Shown piece by piece: positions 40,202 to 52,700 of a stretch of DNA of 64,000 nucleotides (position 1 is the first letter of the stretch; each line of letters starts with the position of its first letter). The translations under genes and the position numbers were made by a program. Location: positions 11,966,001 to 12,030,000 of the forward strand of contig OZ287758.1 of the NCBI GenBank assembly GCA_965649765.1, written 5' to 3'. The notes beneath the pieces were generated by a model that worked only from the letters and a program-made list of their open reading frames with translations, was not told the origin of the DNA and did no database searches. The stretch is from Bispira polyomma (taxonomy: Eukaryota).

Positions 40202-40878
40202 CATGTGCAGCTAATTTTTTTATATATCCAAACTATTATCTTACTGTATTTTGAAATCAAAGTCAAGATCAGATAACTGTACATGGTGACCTTGCAATCA
40301 ATCAGTTGCACTAAGGTTGACAGTGGTTAATAAATAAATACTTGAACATGAATGAACCTTTCTTCAGAGAAACCTTTGCCTTTCTTACTTTCTTTGAAGA
40401 GCTCTTGTAAAGTCCTTGATAAATGTACTGTTCACCGACCATATACAATTATAGCCTGTGTAAGGCTATATACATATCAAAAATTGTCATTTTGATCTGC
40501 TTAGAAGCAAACATTTTAGTACTCCCAACAATAATAGTAAGTATAGTATAGTAATAGTACCTTTAGTAATGTCAGTTAACCGTTTTAGCTACACATTGTC
40601 TGCATCCAGTACAGTATTTATTGCATCTGCAGGTGGTGGAAAATGGCTTTTATTCAAATCTATGGAAAAGGGGATCTTCATATGTTACTTACCCAATACA
40701 CATGTGACTATTTACTGCCAGTTTCCTGACTCCAGTTGATCAAGGCTAGCATTAAAAGTATGTGTGTACACTTGGTCTGTAGAAAAATAGGGCACTAATA
40801 CACTGATATGCACAACAGCTGAGACAATAAATTATTTTTTGTTGATCATGGCACAGAAAACGTATATAAAGTTGCAAA

Positions 40879-42855
40879 ATGGCACATTCGCAATTTATTG
40901 ACATTTTAAGGTGTGACTTTTGTGAAAATCCACTGGATAATCCACACGAATGGCCTTGTCTCCACCATTGTTGCCGGAAATGCATACCAGAGGAAGAATT
41001 GTCGGAAAAAGGAGAACGGTCTTATTACCTGTGTCCAAATTGTCAAAAGAAATGTTATCCTGGTGAAATCAAGAAGAAGGTCTTCATCGACAAAATTGCT
41101 GCTTCAGCAAGTAAAGAGACTTCTAGGAGTGATACTAGTGTTGCTATGGTGGATAAAGATGTCATGAAGGTTGCCGGAAAATCTAAACCACAAATATCAC
41201 CCCGCCCAGAATCCTTGAACACAAAAAAGCACAAAAGAGGCCCAAAAAGAGGACCATTGATCAGCAATTTCTCAGTACCTGAATCACCTACTGATCCTTT
41301 ACCTATTTTTAGTGAGTGTTTCTGTTCTACACATGTCAAAGATGAGGCCAGATACTATTGCTTTACATGCCAAGCCGTCCTGTGTAAGAGATGTTTCGAA
41401 GAAAATGAGAGTCACAAATATCATCATATTATGAACACATTCAACGCCATACAAGAGTTAAAACTCAATACATTAATGCCTGCAATAGCTAAGCTTGAGA
41501 CATACAGTGGCAAGTTAATTGAAAAAAAGGAGAAAGTTAGGCTGTCAAAGGAACAAGTCAGAACAAAAGGTAGGCATGCTATGCGGCACTTTTCCAAAGC
41601 CAAAGAGGAACTTCTACGCAAGGTAGATGAGGATTTTAAGTTTCTTCAAGATGAAGTAAACAAGAATGTCACCAGCCAAACTGAGGGTCTTTCTACTTTA
41701 GAATGTCAGCTACAGAGTGAGGTGGATTGCAACAACCAAATAGGCAAGTGGGCCAATAGCTTACTTCAGCAAACCACTGGTTCAGAAGTATTGGTGGAAA
41801 TAGAGACTAGCCTAAGACAAAAGATTACATCTAGATGTGAAACTATGGATAACTTTGATATTAGTGATGCTGTAGCAAAGTGGAGCAAAGATGTAATAAC
41901 ATTTACACCGAGAAAGGGAAGTGGTAATTTGATCGGCTTGATTACCAATGAAAGTGAATCTTTTCATAATGAAGATGAGGCCACCCAGTCTCATGAAAGA
42001 CCAGAAATCGAAAAAACAGATGGCAATACTTTTCGAAGTGTGTCTGTATATCCTGATTCACTTTTAAGCCCACATGAGGTGATTCCACTGAGATCATTTA
42101 GCTTAAAAACTTGGTGTCACAGAATGTGCTATTGGAAGAAACAACTGTGGTGCCCTTGTCGATATTCAAACATTATACATACCTATGACGTCACCTCTAG
42201 CAAACACCTGAGGAGTATCACATGCCTAGGAGAAGGCTGCAGATCTGTCAGTCCTGTCGGTGCTGATAAACTTGCTCTAGCAGCTGGGAATGGGTTATTT
42301 ATAGTAACTACTGATGGTTCAAATCAACAAAAGATTTTAAATGGAAATGTCAGGGATGTCAGTACAAATAAGGACAATATTGTGGCAGCTTGCAGTGGAA
42401 AGACTGGCTCTGATACAATTCATGTGTTAGATATAGACACATTCGTCGAAAGAAATTCCTTCGCTTTGGATAACAACTTTTGCAAGAGGCTTATATTGAA
42501 AGACAGCATTCTCTTTGTAAGCTTCTATGACTCTAGTAAAAACTCATTTATAAGAAGCTATACATTGGAAGGAACAGTAAAGATGAGCTCTAAATTCCCG
42601 AAAGGAGAGAGAGCCAGTATGTTATTTCTGGGATCTGTGGACAAAGATGACAGGCTCTTGACTGCAGATGTACAGAACAGATGTTTACAGCTTCTCGATG
42701 CAGAAGGGCAATGGACAAAGATAATGCAACTCCCCAAATTTCCATACGATGTTATCCTCACTAAAGGTGGTCAGATGATTGTACTGTCTAATGATGCAGT
42801 AAGTTCGAAGGTGAACAAACTTGGTAATGGCTATGTAGACATCTTTCAACTATAA
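40879..42855 (+). CDS. TRIM/RBCC E3 ubiquitin ligase-like protein, paralogue of 14272-16428, single coding exon, 658 aa
   Basis: RING CDFCENPLDNPHEWPCLHHCCRKC...CPNC; B-box CSTH...CFTCQAVLCKRC...HKYH; coiled coil; propeller 'VDKDDRLLTADVQNRCLQLLDAEG'. Shares PHEWPCLHH, GSEVL.EI, WCHR.CY, DTIHVL and FCKRLI with the first TRIM. Confidence 0.9.
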   Translation: MAHSQFIDILRCDFCENPLDNPHEWPCLHHCCRKCIPEEELSEKGERSYYLCPNCQKKCYPGEIKKKVFIDKIAASASKETSRSDTSVAMVDKDVMKVAGKSKPQISPRPESLNTKKHKRGPKRGPLISNFSVPESPTDPLPIFSECFCSTHVKDEARYYCFTCQAVLCKRCFEENESHKYHHIMNTFNAIQELKLNTLMPAIAKLETYSGKLIEKKEKVRLSKEQVRTKGRHAMRHFSKAKEELLRKVDEDFKFLQDEVNKNVTSQTEGLSTLECQLQSEVDCNNQIGKWANSLLQQTTGSEVLVEIETSLRQKITSRCETMDNFDISDAVAKWSKDVITFTPRKGSGNLIGLITNESESFHNEDEATQSHERPEIEKTDGNTFRSVSVYPDSLLSPHEVIPLRSFSLKTWCHRMCYWKKQLWCPCRYSNIIHTYDVTSSKHLRSITCLGEGCRSVSPVGADKLALAAGNGLFIVTTDGSNQQKILNGNVRDVSTNKDNIVAACSGKTGSDTIHVLDIDTFVERNSFALDNNFCKRLILKDSILFVSFYDSSKNSFIRSYTLEGTVKMSSKFPKGERASMLFLGSVDKDDRLLTADVQNRCLQLLDAEGQWTKIMQLPKFPYDVILTKGGQMIVLSNDAVSSKVNKLGNGYVDIFQL

Positions 42856-42965
42856 ATAGTACAAAGTACAATATTTGTTTTTTCGTTTTTTAAAGATTCA
42901 TTTTACTTGTCTGAGAGTGTTTTGGCTGGTTCATAACAAATGACTTGTTCAGTTCTTGTGGCTTA

Positions 42966-43362
42966 TGGCCCGATTACACTGGGCTTCCGTTTCGATTACG
43001 CACAAAAATGAGCAAACAGAAGGTGAAACATAAGTATTTACCTAGTAAACCTATCATGCGTATGTGTTCCATATATAAACATCCATCATTTCAAGCAGCA
43101 CGAAAATATGCTACGTTTTTGCAATATCCACGTATTCAATGTAATAAAAACAAACTTGAAATGCATTTTGTGTACTAAATGTATAAGACGTAAGTGGCCT
43201 ACATAGTTAAAAATTCATATATTGTGCGTTTCAATATGCGTGAAAAACATAATAGAATCGATTATGTTTTCCAAATTTTCACTTCGTTTACTTCTGTTTG
43301 CTTACGTTTCATAAAATAAAAAACAGAATAAACGTAAACCCAAGCATACTCAGTGTGACAGT
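42966..43362. mobile_element. MITE (possibly Harbinger-like); partial related copy at 5700-5930
   Basis: GGCCCGATTACACTGGG...CTCAGTGTGACAG imperfect TIR; shares ATTACGCACAA...GAAACATAAGTATTT with 5712-5930. Confidence 0.6.
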
Positions 43363-43664
43363 GTTTCACCCAAAGACCACTTGCTAATGGTTGTTCTGCT
43401 ATCAGATACGACTGCCATAGTTCATTTAAGATATTATCATTTTTGCACTATTAGTGGGTCTAATACATAATCTATCAAACAATAACAATTTTTTTTTACC
43501 ATTTATTATTCGAATTGGTGTACATTGAATAGTTTCACAATTATATGCTGCAAGTTGAAAAGTATCCAAACTTTATGTGCAATGATTATTATTAATAATG
43601 TCATCATTAGTGACAAATGTTTGGATAATTTCATTATGCTCATGTTGACTTTATTATCGCTATT

Positions 43665-43771
43665 TTAGGCAATATATTCATATACTTTGGGTTGCCCATT
43701 TACAATGTTGATAACCACTGCACCATCTTCAACTGTAATGGTGTCATCTGTAGCTAGGTAGTTCACGTATG
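43665..43771 (-). CDS. alpha-amylase exon 11 (...[11 protein letters not shown])
   Basis: tacag acceptor; G.PKVY C-terminus typical of GH13_1 domain C; TAA stop. Confidence 0.85.
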
Positions 43772-46700
43772 CTGTAAATACAAAAATATGTCACAGTTTG
43801 TCAAAATAGTAATTACTATTATATTTGTATTAATTTAAAAACGTAGGAAAATTTCTTAATTAAGTAGATTTGAATTTGTCTGATGAGATGCTAGTCTCAC
43901 ATAAACAATCTAATCTTCAAAACTATCTGTGTCCAGTCATTCTTCAACTAGGGATTTGTACTGATGTCTCTTCACACCTTAAAAACTACATTGGCTTCCC
44001 ATTCATTATCGTATTTTGTTTGTAATTCATGTATCTACTTTCAAAGATGTTATATCTCAACAGCCCCCTACCTTGATACTAACTTTTCCTTCAGTAGCCT
44101 TAAAAGGGGAAAGAGAATTTCTGTTACCTCTATTACACCTACCAAGAATTGAATTGAATTGGGATATTTCACATCCACTCTAGTACCTGTTTAGGTTATA
44201 TTGGGACGGGTAGTTGGAAACGCTGGAGGAAACACTGCATACAGTTGATCAAGGTTCTGCACTGAAACCAGCGACCCACAGTAAGGAACTACCACCTTTC
44301 CCATCGACGGGAGTCGAACTCATGCCACCCAGAGCTGAGACACCAGTGATTGTGAAGCGCAATGCTTGCTAACCACTAGGCCACCGCGGCCCCTTACACT
44401 TTTCAAGAGGGCTTGATCTATAATGTTCCCTATTGCTGCCACTATGTTATAGAATAGTCTCCCTGTTGAGCTTAGATCACTTGAAACAATTTCTGGTTTT
44501 AGGAAAGATCTTAAAACCCATCTCATCAAACTCGCCTACCCCCCCCCACCCCCACTAGTTCCCTCCCTGTACACCCTCATATCCCTCCATACGACCTTGG
44601 CTGTGTGTTAGGACTTATTCTGTTGTTGCACTTTAAATGATGACTTGCTTAAATAAGGCGGGTTCAAAATCCAAAATCCAATACAACACAAGATGTTAAG
44701 CCTAGTGATGTTAAAGAAGATGTAATGATGTAAATTATTTCGTTTCCATTTGAGCGCCAGCCATGAAACTGTCTATGCTAGTTTGGTTTTGTGAGTAGAA
44801 GAAAGAGACAGATAACCTGTTACAGAGAGTCTGAGGCTTGTAACCACTTGACTATCATATGGTCGTCCTTATGCCAATGGAGTCAGTCAGTCAGTATACA
44901 CTTACTTCTTCCATCCAGGCCTTCTAAATCATCCACTATAAGCATATCTTCCCCTCCAGTCCCCAGTTTATTCATGACCACCATTATCTGAAAATGATAG
45001 TAATTTATATCAGTATTATGTACCAGAAATCAAGAAAAGAATGGATTTGTCTAAATCTATTGTTCTATTTAGCTGTAAATCATGAATGAGTAAAAATAAA
45101 ATTCAAGTAAATATAATATAAATTTGAATATAATATTAATTGATTCATTATCTATAGATTCATCAAAATAGGTATTTGCATCAATACAAATCTGCAACTG
45201 TTGCCTAGTGGGTAACACACTCACTTTGGAATGTAAATGATTTTGGACTAATTTTGGATTGGATCAAACCCGGGACTCATTCTCCCTAACTACAGGAAGA
45301 TACAGAGTGGCTCTTATAAAAACTATATATATGGCAGTCATTATAAGTCTTTTCCCCAGTGACAGGTTACTGGAACCTTGGGAACGTTGATAAATGGTCA
45401 TCCCACATCAGGCTTTAGTTAAAAAATGGTAGTTACTGGTTCTTATTGACTTTACTTCTGCAGTCAATTAAAGATGAATTAACGCTTTGACTCTAACAAT
45501 CCAGGTACATGCTATGCCGAGTATAAAAGTAGAATACAAATGCAGTACAAATAAACAAAACACAATAATAAGCTTAATGTGTTAACCATAATAATATTAA
45601 GTGAAAAGGTAATGGCCATATTATTTGATTGTATTTTGCATTTTTAACATGCCTTAACATAATCAGGTTATAAAGAAGGATGTGGGGTGTACAGGGCGGG
45701 AACTCAGGAGAACACATATTGTTACCACTGTTTCATATGCCATATGTTTCAACTATAAAATGTGCATGCACCTACCCTATTGTCAGCTCGTGTGAACACA
45801 AGGGAAGTGTCATCAGCATACAGTTCCACTTGTCCACTTGCTAGCTCATCTATGTTTGATTTTCTGAAGTCAGCTAAATTTCTTAAAAACTGAAAAGGGT
45901 TTTTATCCAAATAGTTTTGAAGCCATTGTGAAAATAAACATTGCTAAGTTATTACAGAAGTGTCTCAGTTGTGGAAATATTTATTGACTGTGACTACTAT
46001 TGTTAGAGATGTATAGACACATCACATATCAGGACCAAAGTGTTATCATACATTACAAAAGAATTTTAAAGAAACCCAATGATTGCTATGTCGAAATTAT
46101 TTCTCTGTTTTATTATCACTAGTCTCGCCGCTCTAAGGACAGTGATTCTGCTTCCTTCTTGTGCGAAAGTTTATTGAGTACTTGTCGAAGGTCGGTGATT
46201 ATCAGTACACACAGATCTGTCTTCTTCCACTAGTGAATAAGTTCAAAGTGGCGTAAAATGCAAATAATAAAATTCATGTTTTCATTAAATGTGAACTTTA
46301 CCTGATACATCTCATGTTGTTCATTGTAGTGAGGCCATAGTGATTCTCTACATTCTGGGTCAGGTCCTCCATTGAACCCTTGCTCTGTACCATAATAGAT
46401 TAATGGAATTCCCTGTAAGAATACACAGATGCCTGGTGTTTAAAACATACTTGTGATTGCCTGGATTATTACATTAAGTATCCACAATGTCTGCTGCAGG
46501 AAATTAATGTTTCTCCTACCTTGTCATATTTGAGAAGCAAATTAAAAACGCCAAGCGTTTTCCAAGTCTTTCCCTCCCTAGTCCGGCGTCTCATTGAATA
46601 CAACGACATTGCATAGAAGGACGTTACGAGACTTGAATATGATTATCATACATGCACCTTAGCATTCAGTTTAATATAGATTAAGCACTATTAATTTAGA

Positions 46701-49700
46701 TTAGATTCTAAAGCATATCAATCAACCAATCATGTGTCCTACAATATAGCCTGGGTCGTTATCAGTAGGCAATGGTGTGTTCACAACCTGCCCAAGGATG
46801 TTATCCCACCAGTAAACCTAGCGGCGTTAGTAGGAGTCAAACCAGAGTCTTATGACCACCATTGCAACTCCCCCGCCGTGAGTCGAGTCGGACACCTTCT
46901 AAACTCAAGACCAACTCCCTAACCACTCGGCTACGGGACACCACATTTTTGAATTGCAGTTTATTGTTTTATTAGAAATAACCGGGGCTATATTGCTACA
47001 TCAGTGCATTGTTATAAGTGACTTATAACTATACCTCTCCCAGCATGACATAGATCATGGCATTCATCAGCATAGTCTGGTCTTCTGTCTCATGCAGAAA
47101 CCTGGGGAAGTCATGGTTGTCTGCCACTAGACCCAACACTGATACATCTCTGAACTCCACCCTCTGTTGTTGCAGGGTCCTACAAACAAATACAAGGTAA
47201 AATGAGGTGCCAGGTAATATTCTACTGTGATAACCTTCCCCCTTTTGAATATAGAGTTAAATTAATTACTTGGTTCCTCGATAACTGTACTAGTAAAATA
47301 TAAGTACTAATAAATAGGGACCGCAGTGGCGTAGTGGTTATAAGCGTCTGCTTCAAAATCACTGGGATGAATCAAATCTGAGGATGAAATCTAAGAGATT
47401 CCTTCTTCAAGTTTGTCAGCACTTGAGCACTGGTTCCCCCACCACAAATCCTGGCTGTCGCAATATGACCAAAGCTGTTGAAAGCGATGTAAAATCCAAA
47501 AAGATTCCTGTACATTTCTACAAACCAACAATTAAAACTGAATTTACATGTCATCATTACATATTTATATGAATATTGTATGGCATGGATGTATTTACCA
47601 TGTAATATATCCAATTACCAGTCAATGTATTTAGAATTGTATTGCAATTTATTTTGCATTTTTAATGCACCTTAAAAAACACATAACAAGGTCATAAGGA
47701 AAGATGTGGGGTGTCCATGGAGAGAACCAAGTGTTTATAATATAATCTGAGCTAAACTGCAAGACTATTCTATAACATGGGGCACAGATAGAGAAAGCTC
47801 TTGATCCAGCCCCATTGGTGGGTTTGACAGAGGAACCATAAATTCTCTTTTCTCTCTTGATGTTGCTGAATGAAAGACAAGTGGCATGATAATGAATGGA
47901 AAACCAAGAATGCAGAATTATTTTTATTCAAATGATCGCTTTAACAACCGTGTATTAAATTTTGAAGGGTAATTGATTATGGAGAATAGTGCTTAGAAGT
48001 TGTTTCAAGGTGTTCTTCACTGCAACTACCGGCCTTCAGCATGGCCACTGCCAACTTTCTTAGATACATTTATGGGCCGAAACTACAGAGGAGAGGCGGT
48101 AGAATGTTACTTAAATAACATTGAGGCCACAAATTTATTACTTTAAAATTTTGTATTTTGTTACAATATTGTCATTTTAAGAGATAGTATCTTCGTCCGA
48201 TATCTGTTTCAAACATATTCTCTCAACCCTTGGCTGATATAGCACACTATTATGGTGTACTTGGCTGTTCTGTATATGGAAATGCACCATTTTACAGCAA
48301 AATATCAAAAGGTGTGATTTCAAACTTATATCTAGGTATACTAATGTATGCACAGATAACAATTGCCGAGTTTGTATTATATGGATCTGTATTGCAGTGT
48401 AAATATGACCTTTGGTACTTTGTTCTCAAACTCCATGATACATATTGCCTTTTATTATGCATTCAGATATTTATAAATTTTAATTTGAACGTAGACACTA
48501 TCTGGTTCTGAAGATATAGCATGATTTTTTGCCAAAAGGAGTATTCTACTGGTCAATATTAAATAAGTGAGCATTTCATTGCTTGACAACAAGTAGGCCG
48601 TATTTACAAACATTCTTAGAATAGAATGTTAACAAAAAATTTTTGTCAGTCAATTAGATTCTTTGAAAAAATACATATTAAAGACAAAGAATCTTTGTGT
48701 ACAGGATCCCAGGAGCGGTATTCACTAAATGTATTAGCCTTTACTTAATCTTAAAGTTGAGACTTTTGTCTTAACTTTTGAGACAAAAATTTAAGATTTT
48801 TGTCTTATTCTTAGGCGGTATTCACCACAGATCTTGGATTCTGACAGAAGAAATGAAAGAATATTTAGGAGAGAATGGGTATTTCGAGACAGAAGTAATC
48901 CAATTGACATCCTTTCTGATCAAGATCATGTCAAATATGAATTTAATTAATTCAATTAAAACACAACTTTTTGTTTACATCACGGGGTACAAGGTATCAC
49001 ATGGGTAGAGTGAGATAACCACAGTGGCTATTCCTAATCTCATGAGATTATGATGCTTAAGACTAAGTTAAGTAGCCAAATGGTTTAGCTTTGTGAATAC
49101 CAATTTAAGGCAAATCTTAGCAGAGACAAAAGTATAAAATTAAGGTCTTAGCTAAGACTATACTAAGACCTTTGTGAATACCCCCCCCTGGTAAATAACT
49201 TACTCATTCAGATTTGACATCGGTTCTCCATAGTGAAATATCCCATTTGAAGTGAGAAATGAGGGGAAGTTGAAGAGTGAGTCCAGGTATTGTTGATACT
49301 GCCCCACATAAGCTGCACTTTCATGCCAACACTCTCCCATCAAGAAGTTCTGTGCTGCCTCCTGGTACCCTCCCCAAAAGTCTGCAGCAATCTGACAAAA
49401 TGCAACGGGAAATCATTATTGTTTTCCAACAATTTCAAATCCCAATCTTAAGCCATAAACTCTAATAAACAGGACATTTAAAAAAATTCTCTGCAACAGT
49501 TTTGAATGCAAAAAAAATATATTAAAGTAGTTTATCATAATATTGTTAGGATGTGGATATGGATACATTAGATGGTGTGCATCAAATTGTATGCAATTTT
49601 ATTACACGGGTGGTAAGAATTCTGGCTGGTACGAATTTTAGACAATAAATAAAATTATATGGAAATACCAGGAAATACACAGAAACTACCATGTCAAACT

Positions 49701-52700
49701 AACATTATTTTGTAATTTATTGTACACTACTGAATGTCTTCTTACTAAAAAAAGTAACAAAATATATAATTAATCATAATTTTAATGTGTAGATAGAGAT
49801 ACAAATTGGTCCTATATATTGCAGGTGTTTCAAGTACATCTACATATATCTTGTTACGGCAAAGCAGTGCCCGGATAAAATATTGTTTATTTCAGATTTA
49901 ATAATAAAGTTACGGAAAAAACAAATAATAACAGGAAATAGGATGAAGAAGCATACAGAAATGCTATTTCTGCACAATTAAATCCCCAGGTGGCACTCAG
50001 CCTTGCCCTTTCTCCTAGCCACCAAACTGTCTAGAATTCATACCACTTGACTTGACATATAAACAAATTTAAAACCTTATTTTAAAAAATCCGTCCAAAG
50101 ATTTATTATTGATATTGATGCATGACAAGTGTTTCATGTATACCTATTTTAGTACATTTGACTTTTTATTATATCTTATGCGACATACTTAAATTCAAGT
50201 AAAAACATCAAATTCTGTCCAGTGGTATATTTTTTTGGTCAATCAGTTCTTGTTTTTGATTTCCGGTAGATTGCTTTGGAATCCAAAATGAACATTTCAT
50301 CCATTGCAAAAAATCCTGCGTGGTTTATAATTTCAGTTCCATTGGACAAGCTTAAAATATGATTTCTTGAAAAGTAGAAACTGTGTGGAAAACTATATTT
50401 GAAACTTTCCCATAAGCTGACAAAGAAAATCCCTATATTACAGTAAATTATATTTGACATGTTCATCTGGAGCCATATTGATAAACAGTCCTAGACTGTA
50501 ATTCTTAGAATGTTCTTAGCTGCAGCCAATCAGATTGCCTTAGATAGTTTGACCAGCCAATCAAATTCTTGATACAAAAATTAAAAAGCAAGAATCTTTT
50601 GTGAATGGCGTTCAGAGTGACACAAATTTAGATGTTTTAGATACCATTTGACCAACTATTTCAATGTTTAAACAAGAATTTTATTTTGTACTTTCCGACC
50701 TCAGGCCCCTAATACATTCACAGTATGCATGAATGTAACTGGGTGTAACCCATTCTTTACTATGGGTTTGGGGGTACACACATTATCCTGAAGAGTTTAC
50801 TGGATGTTTACATCTTAACATATTTTTTTTATTGACACTGGTAACAAATCTTGCATATACAATTTTTTAATGTTTAAAATGCCCTATGAACATCAATATT
50901 TTGCCACAAAGATATATAGCAGATAGCGCGTTCACATCAGTCATTCAGTAAATTCCTTGTTTCGTAGATAGAATCTCTTTTACTTCACAACTTACATGTT
51001 TCACAGTGTCTACTCTGTAACCATCAAACCCGTAGACTTGTGTCATATTGTATATCCAGTTATGAAGAGTCTCCAACACAAAGGGGTCTGTCTGATTGAG
51101 ATCAGGCAGGTTAGCCAGTCTACAGTACTCCACCTGCCGATGTGTGTAGTATAGTTTTGAATAAACGTTAGATTGATCTCTTTGAAAATAGAATACGGTT
51201 TTTAAAGGTGTAATTTTGAATGGTAAAATAGACACATCTACTCATAAGTAACACTTCAACATTTATTTATTATGTACATTGAATTTAATCAGAAACGGTA
51301 GTATGTTAAGATACAGTTACTTTGATCATCGATATAATTGTTTGGTTTGTTTCTAAATGCATATACTTGATAACTCGCTGGTAGGTGAAGAAATATTCTC
51401 TTGGATGTCTTATCTGATTTAGTTATTTTCAGTTGATCTGAGCTTTAAACAACCGTGTATTGTATCACAAGTTACAATTTGTTTCTTTATTAGGGCAACA
51501 GTACTGGGTAGTTGGTCAAGGTTTCCTAACATGGAAAACCACTATCTTGTAGCAAGTCTACTGTGAACTTTTCCGCATACTGGCCATAGCCACAATGGAA
51601 GACATGGAATCTGAGAGTGTTCCCTCATGTTAATTCATGGTCTTGGTGTGTTACTCTAAAATATAAATAAATAGGCATTGCTCTATAGAGGCTTTACTCT
51701 AATACAATTGGCATAGAAACACAGAAGGTTTAGTTTAATCAAACCTTAACATCGCTTTCAATATCTCTTGTGCAGATCACGAAGAGCACGGTAGTTGGTC
51801 AAGGCTTTTTTCTGCTCTGCCAACTGTCATCCTTCAGCAACTCTACTGCCATATGCTTCACATACATGCTAGGGCCATGATTGCAGAGGTGGGAGTTGTG
51901 TGTGCTACCGCCACACATTCGAGGTCCATGACAACAGAAGGTATGTAAGTCGCTGACTAAACACAAACTATATAAATTTTTCATGTTTGCCAGAAACGTA
52001 ATTGCATGCTGATCGAAAGATGAAGTATATAGAGTTACCTGAGTCTGGTTGTCATAATCCTCTATCTTACAGAGCTTGTGGTAATACTCTGACTGTTCAA
52101 AAGGAACCAGTCCAGTAAAGTTCTGCAGCTGTTGGTCATCGCATTCTGCCCCTGGGGCTTCAGGCCACGAACAACTGTGTGGGTAGCCCATGTGGTTAGG
52201 TACACTGAAGTACAAAAGGGTAATAAAGTCATAATATCATAACAGTGCTTTAAAACCATTTTTCATACATTACAACCACATTTATATTCATTGTGAAATG
52301 TTGCTTTCAACAACTAAGTATACAATTGTGGCTTGGCTGAAAATCAATCCCGGGGTAACATGAGGGAGGTGTGTGTGTTTTTTTACTTCTTTATACAAGT
52401 TCCCTTCTGTGAAATAAGGATCAATGTTATCTATTGTATTGTATTATTGGAGGTGTATTAGAATAAATTTTTGTTTTTTTTTGTAGACGAAATCTCTCAT
52501 TTGTAAGAATGATAAAGTATGCCAGCATATATTTTTATCCCCCTGTCAAAGATGTTAAAACGGATACAGGAATTGTGATAACCCACCAGTCGGTCTGTCA
52601 CTTTATTGGCTAACTACAAATGACAAGTCTGTATTTGGGTAACTATGGCCATCATGACCAGATAGGGGTCTGATGTTTCAGTTCGCCCACCATAAACGTC

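Noticed and set aside
44817-44905. Longer amylase exon 10 ending at the CAG|GTTAT near 44817
   Set aside because: In-frame TGA TAG stops; the GTAAGT donor at 44905 gives the correct phase.
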